A DNA stretch of 37,323 nucleotides from a virus (lineage: Duplodnaviria > Caudoviricetes). The position numbers were made by a program, and so were the translations under genes. Under the pieces are notes generated by a model. That model saw nothing but the letters and a program-made list of their open reading frames with translations. It searched no databases and was not told the origin of the DNA. Positions 17,001 to 23,202 of this stretch are shown one piece after another. Location of the stretch: IMG/VR virus record IMGVR_UViG_3300046061_000016, positions 1 to 37,323 of that record, one strand, 5' to 3'. Position 1 is the first letter of the stretch. The number at the start of each line of letters is the position of its first letter.

Positions 17001-18954
17001 GTCGCGCACCATGCAGCCGCTCAATGGGCTCTACACCACGCCCGAGATTGCCCGGGCGTTTGAACAGTTCGACGCGCAGGAGCAAATGCCGGCCTGGCAG
17101 GAGGCGATCATGAAGCTGTCCGTCGCGGTCAAGACGGCCAAGACGGTCGGCTCCCTCAAGACGCAGTTCCGCAACTACTACGGCAACATCCTCTTCGCCC
17201 TGCAGCAGGGCCACCTGTTCAGCCCGCGCGTGAGCGCCGGCGCCGCTGCCGGCGGGGCCATCGGGGCGGCCATTGGCGGGCCGGTGGGCGCCGTCCCCGG
17301 CGCCGCGGCCGGCACGGTCGCCGGCCTCTCGACCACGAGCCCGAAGCAACAGGCGTGGGACATGGCCTGGAAATCGATGCGGCAGAGCTTCGAGGCCGAA
17401 GGCGAGCGCCAGGAGTACCAGCGCATGCTCGAGCTCGGCATCGTCGGCGACGCCGTGCGCGCCGGCGAGCTGGAGGACCTGTTTCAGGACCTCGACTGGG
17501 ACATGGACGACCCGCAGACCGGCATGGGCGAGATTGCCGACAAGATCGTAGGCGCCACCGGCCAGACGCTCACCAAGCTGTACCAGCTCGGCGACGAGAT
17601 TTGGAAGGTGTACGCCTTCCAGATCGAGAAGGAACGCTACCAGGACGCCAAGCCGGAGTGGCCCGAGCAGCGCGTCGAGGAGAAAGCGGCCGAGATCGTC
17701 ACGAACACGTACCCCACCTACTCGCAGGTGCCAGAGTTCTTGAAAAAGCTGCGCCGGCTGCCGACCAACGCGCCTTTCGTGTCGTTCTTCAGCGAGGTGT
17801 TTCGCACCACCTACCAGTCGGCCCGCTACATCAAGGAGGACCTGGCCGACCCGCAGCGGCGCCACATTGGCATGCAGCGGGCGGTGGGCATGATTATGGC
17901 CCAGGGGGCCATGACGGCCCTCTACGAGGTGTCCAAGGCGCTGACCGGCTACGACGACGAGGACGACGAGTACCTGCGCCGCCTGCTGCCCAGCTGGAGC
18001 CGGTACAGCAACCTGTTCCACCTGCCGGCGGAGGAGGGCACCGCCTCCTACACGGACCTCGGCTACCTGAACCCCTACAAAGCGTACGGAGAGGCCGCCA
18101 TCGCGGCCATGACCGGCGACGAGATGGACCCCTGGCGTGCCGGCTTTAACGCGCTGCAGCGCCTGCTCAACCCCTTTATCAGCGAAGAGATTTTGTCGCG
18201 CAAGGTGCGGGAAGCGATCCTGAACCGGTCGACCGAGACGGGCGGCCCCATCGCCAACCCGGCCCTCCAACAGGCCAACCCGGAGGAGTTCTGGGCGCGG
18301 CGCGTGGGACACGTCCTCAAAGCGTTTGAGCCGACGACGACGCGCGACCTGCGCGGCCTCTACAACGCGATGACCGAGAAGGGGCTCTACCAGGACGCGG
18401 AGCCAAAGCAGGAGATTTTGAGCCTGTTTGCCGGCCAGCGCATCAAGACGATCGACATGGCCGAGCGCATCAAGTGGGAGACCTACGACTTTGAGGAGCA
18501 GTACCGCAACGCCAGCCGCATTTTTACCGACAGGCTGACCCAGCGCGGCACCGTCACGGCCGAGGAGGTAGAGCGCGCCTACCGGAAGATGGTGACGGCA
18601 AAGAGTGAGATCGTTGAGCACATGGCGCGCGACGTCGACGCCGCGATGAACTTTGGGCTGGACCCCCAGACGGCGTTCCAGGTGATGCGCGCCAACGGCG
18701 TCGGCAAGGAGCGCGCCCTCATGGCGATGGCGGGCCAGTACGTGCCGCGCCCCGACGACAACGTGCTGCGCAGCCGCATCGAGGCCGCCCTGAGCGAGGG
18801 GCGCGAGCAGGACGCCGAGATCCTGCGGCGGCGGCGCACGATGGCCGTGGAGGCCGCCCAGCAGGTGCAGCAAGAGTTTCTCGACAACCACCCCAGCCTC
18901 GACACCAAGTTTGAAGAGGTGCGCCGACTCCTCCAAGACAGCCGCCAGCAGTGA
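8041..18954 (+). CDS. Giant (~3,637 aa) polyvalent internal virion protein: zincin HEAAGH, LPD23-like domain with HELQH, split unknown domain plus duplicate, C-terminal ejection-protein region
   Basis: Uninterrupted 10.9-kb ORF; ATG at 8041 just after the lysozyme stop; HEAAGH at 12238-12255, DGAPRFEIGD at ~12760, HELQHWVQEHEGWAVGGN at 13246, YQRTAGEIEAR at ~13681. Confidence 0.85.
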   Translation: MANGDDPTNPFEAARQVLEGDEELTEQQEAPPEGDGRGPTPFEAARQVLQPQPPTPTSRSGAAPSDSAFAAGLEEDQGDGTTASAPAAGTMGIPEPGSPDPTADDQDGMRNFFETIVTEAQRGFQMFQMQSAAQQALDAQDRGETAGQTSVSRASNLGPGTIAEEQMELSEEEQKKAARKAAETIERNANQLEEVGQTEAMKQMSDAIQTGEASAVWNAVWENPESAVGLAVQSSAMQPDALALTGLASMLAGPAGAGATAITGAAGANMVETRAAITEELRKRGVDLQNSEAVMKALQDPGFQQAARERGEARGSTIAAVDLATNLLTLGLGRTGLRPLAKGVLGFGTQTGGEAASEALAQQAAGEETNPAEILTESLASGPQSAIEVAGTAFQGERPADAARRRARELLREAEASEGTPSSEGGQAPAAARADQVGNDMRPYAGVDDARLDRMKQRARERQMTPEVEAIEREQRLREEATAEEADATGATADTEADRDTPNQDEAGPGEAGVSASGRRKGRSAAPDTPSDPAAAARQALEETQQVRQAAQAETDAAPSAADRLGVDDLPEDPAPEIDARRQESGDASEGARVTDEEIETGDARPATLDRIAHKVQAGKDLTGREEAVRRENRDAVEQRLQEAAGQAEQSELEDLVDDAERRTTRPEEQVQEEVARREQKAQQAKQQVERAKEDLLSTLQDADAAEIQRLADQEATAGGDPEVERLARMALEDQAQQGTLGDLAPEQQEDPATPQKPGLFGDRQQNVSSAVQDAADKLRQRRAGLQQKQQELLRARQGQPDAERQARDAQQDIDLDDTESRDQPRAQPEGEGAGEPSAASSEEMAEPALPPGEADIQVQEPVAPTQDEGDGVEDGGDGAAEEVATGPHGQVTARVGTPDGTVTRAGATLTDDAMTVQQAESPEAAAQLAEEAARRGVPLQTDAEVDPETAEAITQLAQQGYAARRHGSTERGPGGTYEADGPVFRVQAPQVDPEQPQLETEDGYTVGRALRPVTRKTTRPERPQGRMTDRPVAELEEDLQDARERGDAEYAQQVEQALQRIRTRSRQTTYRHARGDIVVQNPDGQLIDRRSAAYEDAVADYFAEHEEALRNGTVEPAPDDQHGARAALSSRSPQQVLDAYRVAHRAEQDRTNGGAQADPQAEAIESIGRIQTDSFRGMAGEAAVADGGALRMNWLSENGTPLDDAAQQVTSESGIETSPQDIVDHIEQNPTRSRRGVVDELKDHFKDLTGVTPTPELAEKVQARQAPDELSGDDTGAFEAPFMTADDLSETFESISEDGPLSDGFLLEAIVRRVMGEEGLPGSAITVVETASELEGEAARRYENAMRSAGAMQMRPAMFIGGPTAEADGQVYLIADQIGAMAKATGWSHETMARMTLMHEAAGHQGLRALLGDTFEETMDLLIDAVGIETVMNARTVGGTRLIDANADLVERAEDGGLTGESRRLLMDEYLANIAEGMAVDNTTMETLYQRMKTGVARVLNLRLTKAEFGVLLNAAKDNLRAAQSGNAVQGGRFNRLMDPERPTRWMVLGTGAERFDEDEAPGVSGVFDGPYDGAPRFEIGDSGAHFHSESPLRTLAEAVRKREQAAIDEMMTDDPEEVEDALRRKYEAMSRVNRIEETLQQGGAADGRSTSIDQVFRHDTLFEEYPEITDQLSVRMVDFPHMGMLDYDGGELIIGSKLIEMVKDGVKAETEGAVGEQMGSLKEALSTVMKTFIHELQHWVQEHEGWAVGGNIQENIPRARKQLTNAQNAAYNLELFGDARDAIKLLQDNFEDPSTAPRQDQLQVLEEAGVERVTDVMAHVRIAEHSLGALDRKVQQTSRLLEAAGVDPTNEAAVDQLRTTDPDSDAFDRLVRDRAHDMYQRTAGEIEARIVQERRHWSIPERQAEGFYEDVDVAYDPDDVITRFSTYSEDPDQLRVFADPDAEQEQNMVAVHNLSEENVRVAVQQLSAHIPVPSVATARYDHGFARFGTISLVGTPSLVDPERGVPTYDSDIWSPTSPDAQYDHQPGQVGPVLQALNEYAEQTGETSKVSSLDYKIREQDDRARAVSRLSRLTAAKLWYLDEVHDRQPASIPTKKRFGSTQTLLESAPMQEWLGQYDNTSERAREVAAEDPQGQAAQELGRALREAARRSSRAEIGEVDDSYIDAVAGSYRADDGTLAFGTIDQLFRKWREMQESPETVDRMILDDRLNQMIEEETEADTVRGALHPWATRKADSMFGDPYLESEQGRQLPPTLDNLVEVMTERSVQAAEDGMLTTLANARAAGAERFGSLEEVQQKRGRLRSKEQFDQVKEELKGDWEAVREQILPHYERGRATRSDLSNRLSARDDVTKALGEMMQRRLSAEQARVSLQRYGFEDVPATAVKEFVQFGRTLQESPTQHFESKPQRAVALDEFVAAIVPNTTDEEVKEMLAEEVGEVREYTDGNLEERQRTFQEASQGVRFQSLSTSQMGHRFHTVNRGKLHLQQPSAGGEVIALHDMHPDAIGWIVDKMDGHIPAPSEVIAEGADATASESGRVSLTAPSGTIDAEALASEAMASDATASLAISDFRTAIVPENLREERVEDLMRAGLRIREYGTEEGRRQRQAEMDEARFITRDFSRGEAGDGGPFAEGESDVPLQRPERPQTLGDYWTLFKAKLRRQFATRGDLPEDVYEAAEGRRGQIKAWLQRMNWALTDFEAALQNTFEGEALTTEQKERINEALSNGYREEDVQQGALFEGDPQIESAVPMTEFWFSSIPRTPEATRTEKTYIEDLPEPLQSATAELRDMVDAMSHAGIQTGLFRGQLKAVVEQNMGTYLTRSYRIHNEESYGAALRQAARELGADEGITMDPDAVPEDVPATAWNGAVGWFRQNHPHMSDEQIQARLLELLNQESQADFAGGRTLGSVGSAIYERRSDIPEALRALLGEYEDPAVNFKQSMVKVATAVANQALLNEVKKKGLGRFLFGESKVVDGVSYDQKIAAEGSRTMQPLNGLYTTPEIARAFEQFDAQEQMPAWQEAIMKLSVAVKTAKTVGSLKTQFRNYYGNILFALQQGHLFSPRVSAGAAAGGAIGAAIGGPVGAVPGAAAGTVAGLSTTSPKQQAWDMAWKSMRQSFEAEGERQEYQRMLELGIVGDAVRAGELEDLFQDLDWDMDDPQTGMGEIADKIVGATGQTLTKLYQLGDEIWKVYAFQIEKERYQDAKPEWPEQRVEEKAAEIVTNTYPTYSQVPEFLKKLRRLPTNAPFVSFFSEVFRTTYQSARYIKEDLADPQRRHIGMQRAVGMIMAQGAMTALYEVSKALTGYDDEDDEYLRRLLPSWSRYSNLFHLPAEEGTASYTDLGYLNPYKAYGEAAIAAMTGDEMDPWRAGFNALQRLLNPFISEEILSRKVREAILNRSTETGGPIANPALQQANPEEFWARRVGHVLKAFEPTTTRDLRGLYNAMTEKGLYQDAEPKQEILSLFAGQRIKTIDMAERIKWETYDFEEQYRNASRIFTDRLTQRGTVTAEEVERAYRKMVTAKSEIVEHMARDVDAAMNFGLDPQTAFQVMRANGVGKERALMAMAGQYVPRPDDNVLRSRIEAALSEGREQDAEILRRRRTMAVEAAQQVQQEFLDNHPSLDTKFEEVRRLLQDSRQQ

Positions 18955-19598
18955 TGCAGCTGCCCAAACAGCTTCAGCCGACCGATACGCCCGGCACGCT
19001 CGAGGACCAGGAGGTGAGCGAGCTGTGGCACCAGCTTACCGACAAGCAGCGCAGCTGGCTCATGGAGTACCTGTCCAACGGCCTCAACGCGACGCAGGCC
19101 GTCATGGACAGCGCGTACCAGACGTCTGACGACGACCAGTGCCGCGCGATGGGCCACCAGAACCGCACGCACCCCAAGATTCGGCCCCTCATCCAGCACG
19201 CGTGCCGGCAGCACATGACCGAGAATGAGGTGCTGAAGCGCGTGAGCCACATCGCCCGCGCCACGTGGGAAGACTTCCTGTCGTTTGAGGGGTCTCGCGT
19301 GTCGATCGACCTTCACAAGGCACGCCAGCGCGGCAAAATGGACTGCGTGAAAGAGATTCACCAGGACACCCGTCAGGTAGGCGAGCATGAGGAGGAGGTC
19401 TACATCAAGAAAATCAAACTCGAAGACCGTCAGAAGGCGCACGACCAGCTGCTGAAGGCGACCGGCGCGTTTGACCTCGAGGAGGGCGCCCAGGTCAACG
19501 CCCAGAACGTGACGATCAACCAGTGGAACCAGCAGCTAAATGCCCATCTCCAGGGCGAGGGCGACCGCTGGCCGCAAGTCAAAGAGGTAGACGAGTAG
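18954..19598 (+). CDS. terS: Terminase small subunit
   Basis: LTDKQRSWLMEYLSNGLNATQAV..SAY matches the TerS HTH signature; directly upstream of TerL; TGATG overlap with the giant gene. Confidence 0.85.
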   Translation: MQLPKQLQPTDTPGTLEDQEVSELWHQLTDKQRSWLMEYLSNGLNATQAVMDSAYQTSDDDQCRAMGHQNRTHPKIRPLIQHACRQHMTENEVLKRVSHIARATWEDFLSFEGSRVSIDLHKARQRGKMDCVKEIHQDTRQVGEHEEEVYIKKIKLEDRQKAHDQLLKATGAFDLEEGAQVNAQNVTINQWNQQLNAHLQGEGDRWPQVKEVDE

Positions 19599-19615
19599 AC
19601 GTAGACGAGTAGCCC

Positions 19616-21712
19616 ATGCCGACGGACCCCTCTCAAGGGGATCACCCCCACACCGATCCCCGTGACATGTTGGACACGAACCGCCAGCGTCGGGCCGCCC
19701 TGGAGGTCGAGTACACGCCGATCCGGGGCATCGGGAGCCCGATCGAGCGGTTTCGGTTCGTGATCTGCCCGCAGTGGAAGCCGGTCTACCTGCCGGCGGC
19801 GATGCGGGACCACCCGGCCGTCGTGCAGGCCCGGGCGCACGGCAGCCTCCGCGGCTACGCCGAGCAGCTGGAGGACGACTTCGACCGAGTCCTGCTCGAC
19901 TTTCGGCGCGCGCGCTGCCGGCACGACTTTGAGTATTGGGCCGCGTCGGTCGCCAAGATTAAAGACAAGGAGGGCGAGATTGTCGACCTGTCCCCCAACA
20001 AGCCGCAGCGCGAGTACGTCGCGCAGCTGGAGCGGCAGCGCCTGGCGGGCGAGCCTGTTCGCATGATCGTGCTGAAACATAGGCAGTGGGGCGCGACGAC
20101 GCTCTCCTACGCGTACATCGCGTGGCACCAGTTGGAGAAGCACACGAAGCGCGACGCGTGGATCGTGGCCCAAGACGCAGACGCCGCCAAGGACGTCATG
20201 GCCCGCTACGACCGCATCCGGCAGCACTACCCGCTGCGCGACCTGGGGTGGCGCCCGTACGCTGGCCAACAGAACAGCCGCTACATCCCGCAGCGCGACG
20301 CAAAGGTGTCGACCGGCACGGTCAAGCGGCCCAACGCCCCGAGCGGACGCACCCCCCAGTTTGTTCACCTGACCGAGATCGGAAAATGGCCCTCCAACCG
20401 CGTCGAGTCGGCAGAGGACCTGGTGGCCAACGTCGAGTCGATGCTGGTCGACGAGCCCGGCACCGTCAGCATCCAGGAGTCGACCCTCAAAGGTGAGACC
20501 GGCACCTTTTTCAAGGAGCTGTGCCAGCGGGCGCGGCGCGGCGACACGGCGTACAATTTTTGGTTTGCCACCTGGACGATCGATCCCCAGTACCGACTGC
20601 ATCCCCCGGCGCACAACCTGCGTTCCTACGACCCGACTGACGTGGAAGACTTTGCCCATACCTGGAGCCAGTACGACGAATTTCTGTGGGACCACGGCTG
20701 CACGCTGGCCCAGATCAACTGGTACCAGAAGCAGCGGACGAAGCCCGGATACATCCTCACGCCGCACAAGCTGAAGCAGGAGTTCCCCACGACGGCCGAG
20801 GAGGCGATGGTGGTGGGCGAGAACCGCGTTTTTCCGCCCGCCTACGTCGAGGGCGCGCGGCAAACGTGCACCGAGCCCCGCGCCGTCGGCGACATCTACG
20901 GCGCCGCCCCGACCGGGTCGGCCGCCCTCGACGACATCCACTTTGAGGAGGAGCCACACGGCCCCCTCAAGCTGTGGCGCCGGCCGCACGACGACTACGG
21001 CGGCCTGCTTCAGCACTATGTCCCCGACGAGGCGACCCGCATCAAAAACCGGTACGCCGCGGCCAGCGACGTCGGCCCCGGCCAGAGCGACCAGGCCGAC
21101 TACTCGGTGACGGGCGTCCTCGATCGGGCGCCCCTCCTGTGGGGCGGCCACCCGGAGATCGTGTGCGAGTGGCATGGCCACATGGACGTCGACCTGTACG
21201 CCTGGCGCGCGGCGCGCCTGGCCACGTGGTACGGGCGGGCCTACTGGATGCTCGAGGTCAACAGCCTACAAAAGAAGCGCGACGTGTCCGAGCGGGACCC
21301 CGCCTACGGCATGACGGTCGTGCAGGAGATTAAGCCGTGGTACGGCAACCTGTATCACCGCGTGGTCGAGGACAAGACGACCGGCGAGAAGACGCGCAAG
21401 GCGGGGTGGTACATGACCGGGAACAACAAGGGCATCATCGTGGCCGCCCTGACGAAGCACCTGCGCGGGGCGCGCGACCTGCAGCGGGGCCAGCAGGCCG
21501 AGGCCGCCTATATCGAGCGCGAGCAGAAGGCGTGCCAGGAGATGGACACGTTCATGGAGATCAAGGGCTCGATGCGGGCGGCCGACAACAAAAAAGACGA
21601 CCGCGTCGACGTGCGATGCATGCTGGCCCACCTGAACGACAAGATGGCCGCGCCCGAGCCGGTTACGCCCCGCGAGCGGCCGACTGCCCGCGGAGGGGCG
21701 ACGACGCTGTAG
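19616..21712 (+). CDS. terL: Terminase large subunit
   Basis: Walker A IVLKHRQWGATT, Walker B VHLTE, coupling motif QEST, nuclease ASDVG..ADYS, LEVN and DDRV. Confidence 0.93.
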   Translation: MPTDPSQGDHPHTDPRDMLDTNRQRRAALEVEYTPIRGIGSPIERFRFVICPQWKPVYLPAAMRDHPAVVQARAHGSLRGYAEQLEDDFDRVLLDFRRARCRHDFEYWAASVAKIKDKEGEIVDLSPNKPQREYVAQLERQRLAGEPVRMIVLKHRQWGATTLSYAYIAWHQLEKHTKRDAWIVAQDADAAKDVMARYDRIRQHYPLRDLGWRPYAGQQNSRYIPQRDAKVSTGTVKRPNAPSGRTPQFVHLTEIGKWPSNRVESAEDLVANVESMLVDEPGTVSIQESTLKGETGTFFKELCQRARRGDTAYNFWFATWTIDPQYRLHPPAHNLRSYDPTDVEDFAHTWSQYDEFLWDHGCTLAQINWYQKQRTKPGYILTPHKLKQEFPTTAEEAMVVGENRVFPPAYVEGARQTCTEPRAVGDIYGAAPTGSAALDDIHFEEEPHGPLKLWRRPHDDYGGLLQHYVPDEATRIKNRYAAASDVGPGQSDQADYSVTGVLDRAPLLWGGHPEIVCEWHGHMDVDLYAWRAARLATWYGRAYWMLEVNSLQKKRDVSERDPAYGMTVVQEIKPWYGNLYHRVVEDKTTGEKTRKAGWYMTGNNKGIIVAALTKHLRGARDLQRGQQAEAAYIEREQKACQEMDTFMEIKGSMRAADNKKDDRVDVRCMLAHLNDKMAAPEPVTPRERPTARGGATTL

Positions 21713-21753
21713 CCCCTCGCATTGCGACACTGTTTCACCGACTGGTCATCGTG

Positions 21754-21963
21754 ATGAGCACCCGACACACGCAAAAGCACCAGCCCCCCATCCCCACAGA
21801 GGCGCTCCCGAAGCTGACCGAGGCCGAGCGGCGCAACGTGCTGCGCATGGCGCGCATGATCAAGTCGCGCCAGCTGTGGGAATACAGCGTGCGGCTGCAC
21901 GAGGACGAGGACGCCCTCATCCTCAACTGGAAGGACGAGGGCGGCGCGTGCCTGGCCACCTGA
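21754..21963 (+). CDS. Small hypothetical protein (69 aa)
   Basis: ATG at 21754 after the TerL stop; C-terminal part of track ORF 21337-21963. Confidence 0.65.
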   Translation: MSTRHTQKHQPPIPTEALPKLTEAERRNVLRMARMIKSRQLWEYSVRLHEDEDALILNWKDEGGACLAT

Positions 21964-21984
21964 TCAGAACCGCTGCGCAACCCC

Positions 21985-22320
21985 ATGGATCGCGACTGGA
22001 ACCGGCGCCATTTTCAGCGGCTGGGGGCCCGCGAGGACGACTTTATCGACGGCCTGTATGTCGAGTATTGGGCGGGCGTGTACCCGGCCCGCCCCGGCCT
22101 GTGGCTGTGCCGGCGCCTCGTCGTGTCGCCGGCCCTGATCGGCCTGTGGTACAAGCGAATGCAGGCGGGCAACACGGCCCTCGACCGGGCGCTCCAGGCC
22201 CGCGCCGAGGCGCTCGACCAGACGACGCGTGGGCGCGTCCAGCAGGGCGGCCGCCACCAGTGGACGCGCCCCGCCAACCGGGCCCGCATCATTCGCCAGC
22301 CCATCATGAGCCTCAATTGA
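21985..22320 (+). CDS. Arg-rich hypothetical protein
   Basis: 111 aa, fills the gap on the + strand, typical codons. Confidence 0.6.
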   Translation: MDRDWNRRHFQRLGAREDDFIDGLYVEYWAGVYPARPGLWLCRRLVVSPALIGLWYKRMQAGNTALDRALQARAEALDQTTRGRVQQGGRHQWTRPANRARIIRQPIMSLN

Positions 22321-22346
22321 ATAACTCCGCAACTCTGCCTTGCCCC

Positions 22347-22796
22347 ATGACTGACATCGGTGTTCTCCTTTCCGGCACCCTATTTTTCCTCCTGGCCGGT
22401 CTCGGCGTGTGGCTGCGCTTGTGGACCGAGCGGATGAAGGCCGAGAACGAGCGCCTCCGCAACGAGACCGACTGGGACGCCCTCTGGCGGAAGTACGACC
22501 TGCGCAAGTTGCGCGCCTCCGTCAGCGTGTACGACTACGAGCTGGAGGGCGCCGTCGACCCCGAGGCCAAAATGGTGCGGGCCCGGCGCCACGTCGTCGA
22601 GAAGGTGGTGCGCGAGCTCATTGACCAGGGATACATCCGCCTGCTGCGCTCGGACGTGCCGGCCAAGCCGGACGTCGAGTTTACCGCCAGCCTCATCACC
22701 GCGCGCCCGCCCACGGAGCGAGGCGTGTCCGAATTTGACAACGTGACGGCTGGGGAGTTACTTTGGGATGAAACCCAGGACGCCCGCCCCTCATAG
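22347..22796 (+). CDS. Protein with one N-terminal transmembrane helix
   Basis: MTDIGVLLSGTLFFLLAGLGVWL followed by a short coiled coil; ATG at 22347. Confidence 0.65.
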   Translation: MTDIGVLLSGTLFFLLAGLGVWLRLWTERMKAENERLRNETDWDALWRKYDLRKLRASVSVYDYELEGAVDPEAKMVRARRHVVEKVVRELIDQGYIRLLRSDVPAKPDVEFTASLITARPPTERGVSEFDNVTAGELLWDETQDARPS

Positions 22797-22832
22797 GGCT
22801 GATCACAAGATACTTTTTTCAGTGCCAAGGCC

Positions 22833-23120
22833 AAAAAGAGCCGCTGGGGCCCCGTGGCGGCCGCCGCGCCGGTAAGGTCGACCGAACGGTAGCGGACGCC
22901 GAGCAGTCGTAGATGGCCAACGGGGCAGCCACACCCCTAAAACGAAGAACGCCGTGCGGCCCTGTGCGGCTGAAACGCTCGGTCAACAGGGCACACATAC
23001 TCGCCTCGCGATAGCCGCGACTCATCGCCTGTGGAGCTGACGCTCCCGGAGCTGACGCTCCCGGAGCTGACGCTCCGCCTGGCCGACCGCCAGGGACAGG
23101 CCGTGGGCCGCGGCTTTTTT
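22833..23120 (+). ncRNA. Candidate structured non-coding RNA or cis-element (~290 nt)
   Basis: Complementary ends (AAAAAGAGCCGC..GGCCC / GGGCC-GCGGCT-TTTTT), at least 8 internal hairpins, no credible ORF. Confidence 0.45.
23033..23076. repeat. 3 x 15-bp tandem repeat GGAGCTGACGCTCC(C); each unit is a hairpin
   Basis: Units at 23033, 23048 and 23063; GGAGC-TGAC-GCTCC. Confidence 0.95.
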
Positions 23121-23202
23121 GTTTGCCCACCCCGTGGCGACGCCGTTCGACCGGCGCGTTCTCCCTGACGCGCTTTCCCTGACACGCCTGCCTGCGGCTT
23201 CT

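Noticed and set aside
17488-17511. DLDWDMDD as the DxDxD motif of a crAss-type virion RNA polymerase
   Set aside because: Lacks the surrounding double-psi-barrel context (e.g. DFDxD after a conserved G/A-rich strand) and sits in an acidic linker of an acidic protein; an HHpred search would settle it
8041-18954. Giant ORF as a tape-measure protein or DarB-like methylase/helicase
   Set aside because: No tail tube or sheath genes, no periodic tape-measure repeats, and no SNF2 Walker motifs or NPP(Y/F) methylase motif seen
10588-21181. Long minus-strand ORFs (10588-13332, 13909-15588, 16711-18936, 19430-21181 and similar elsewhere)
   Set aside because: Antisense shadows of GC3-biased + strand genes; LLVGR-rich translations with no motifs
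23033-23076. Repeat arrays at 23033 and 28905 as mini-CRISPRs
   Set aside because: Units are 9-22 bp and abut with no unique spacers; no cas genes
22833-23120. Structured element as tmRNA, tRNA, hammerhead ribozyme or a 33-aa ORF (ATG at 22913)
   Set aside because: No tRNA-like T-loop or acceptor ends, no tag peptide, no CUGANGA/GAAA core in the right arrangement; the short ORF has atypical codons and no leader
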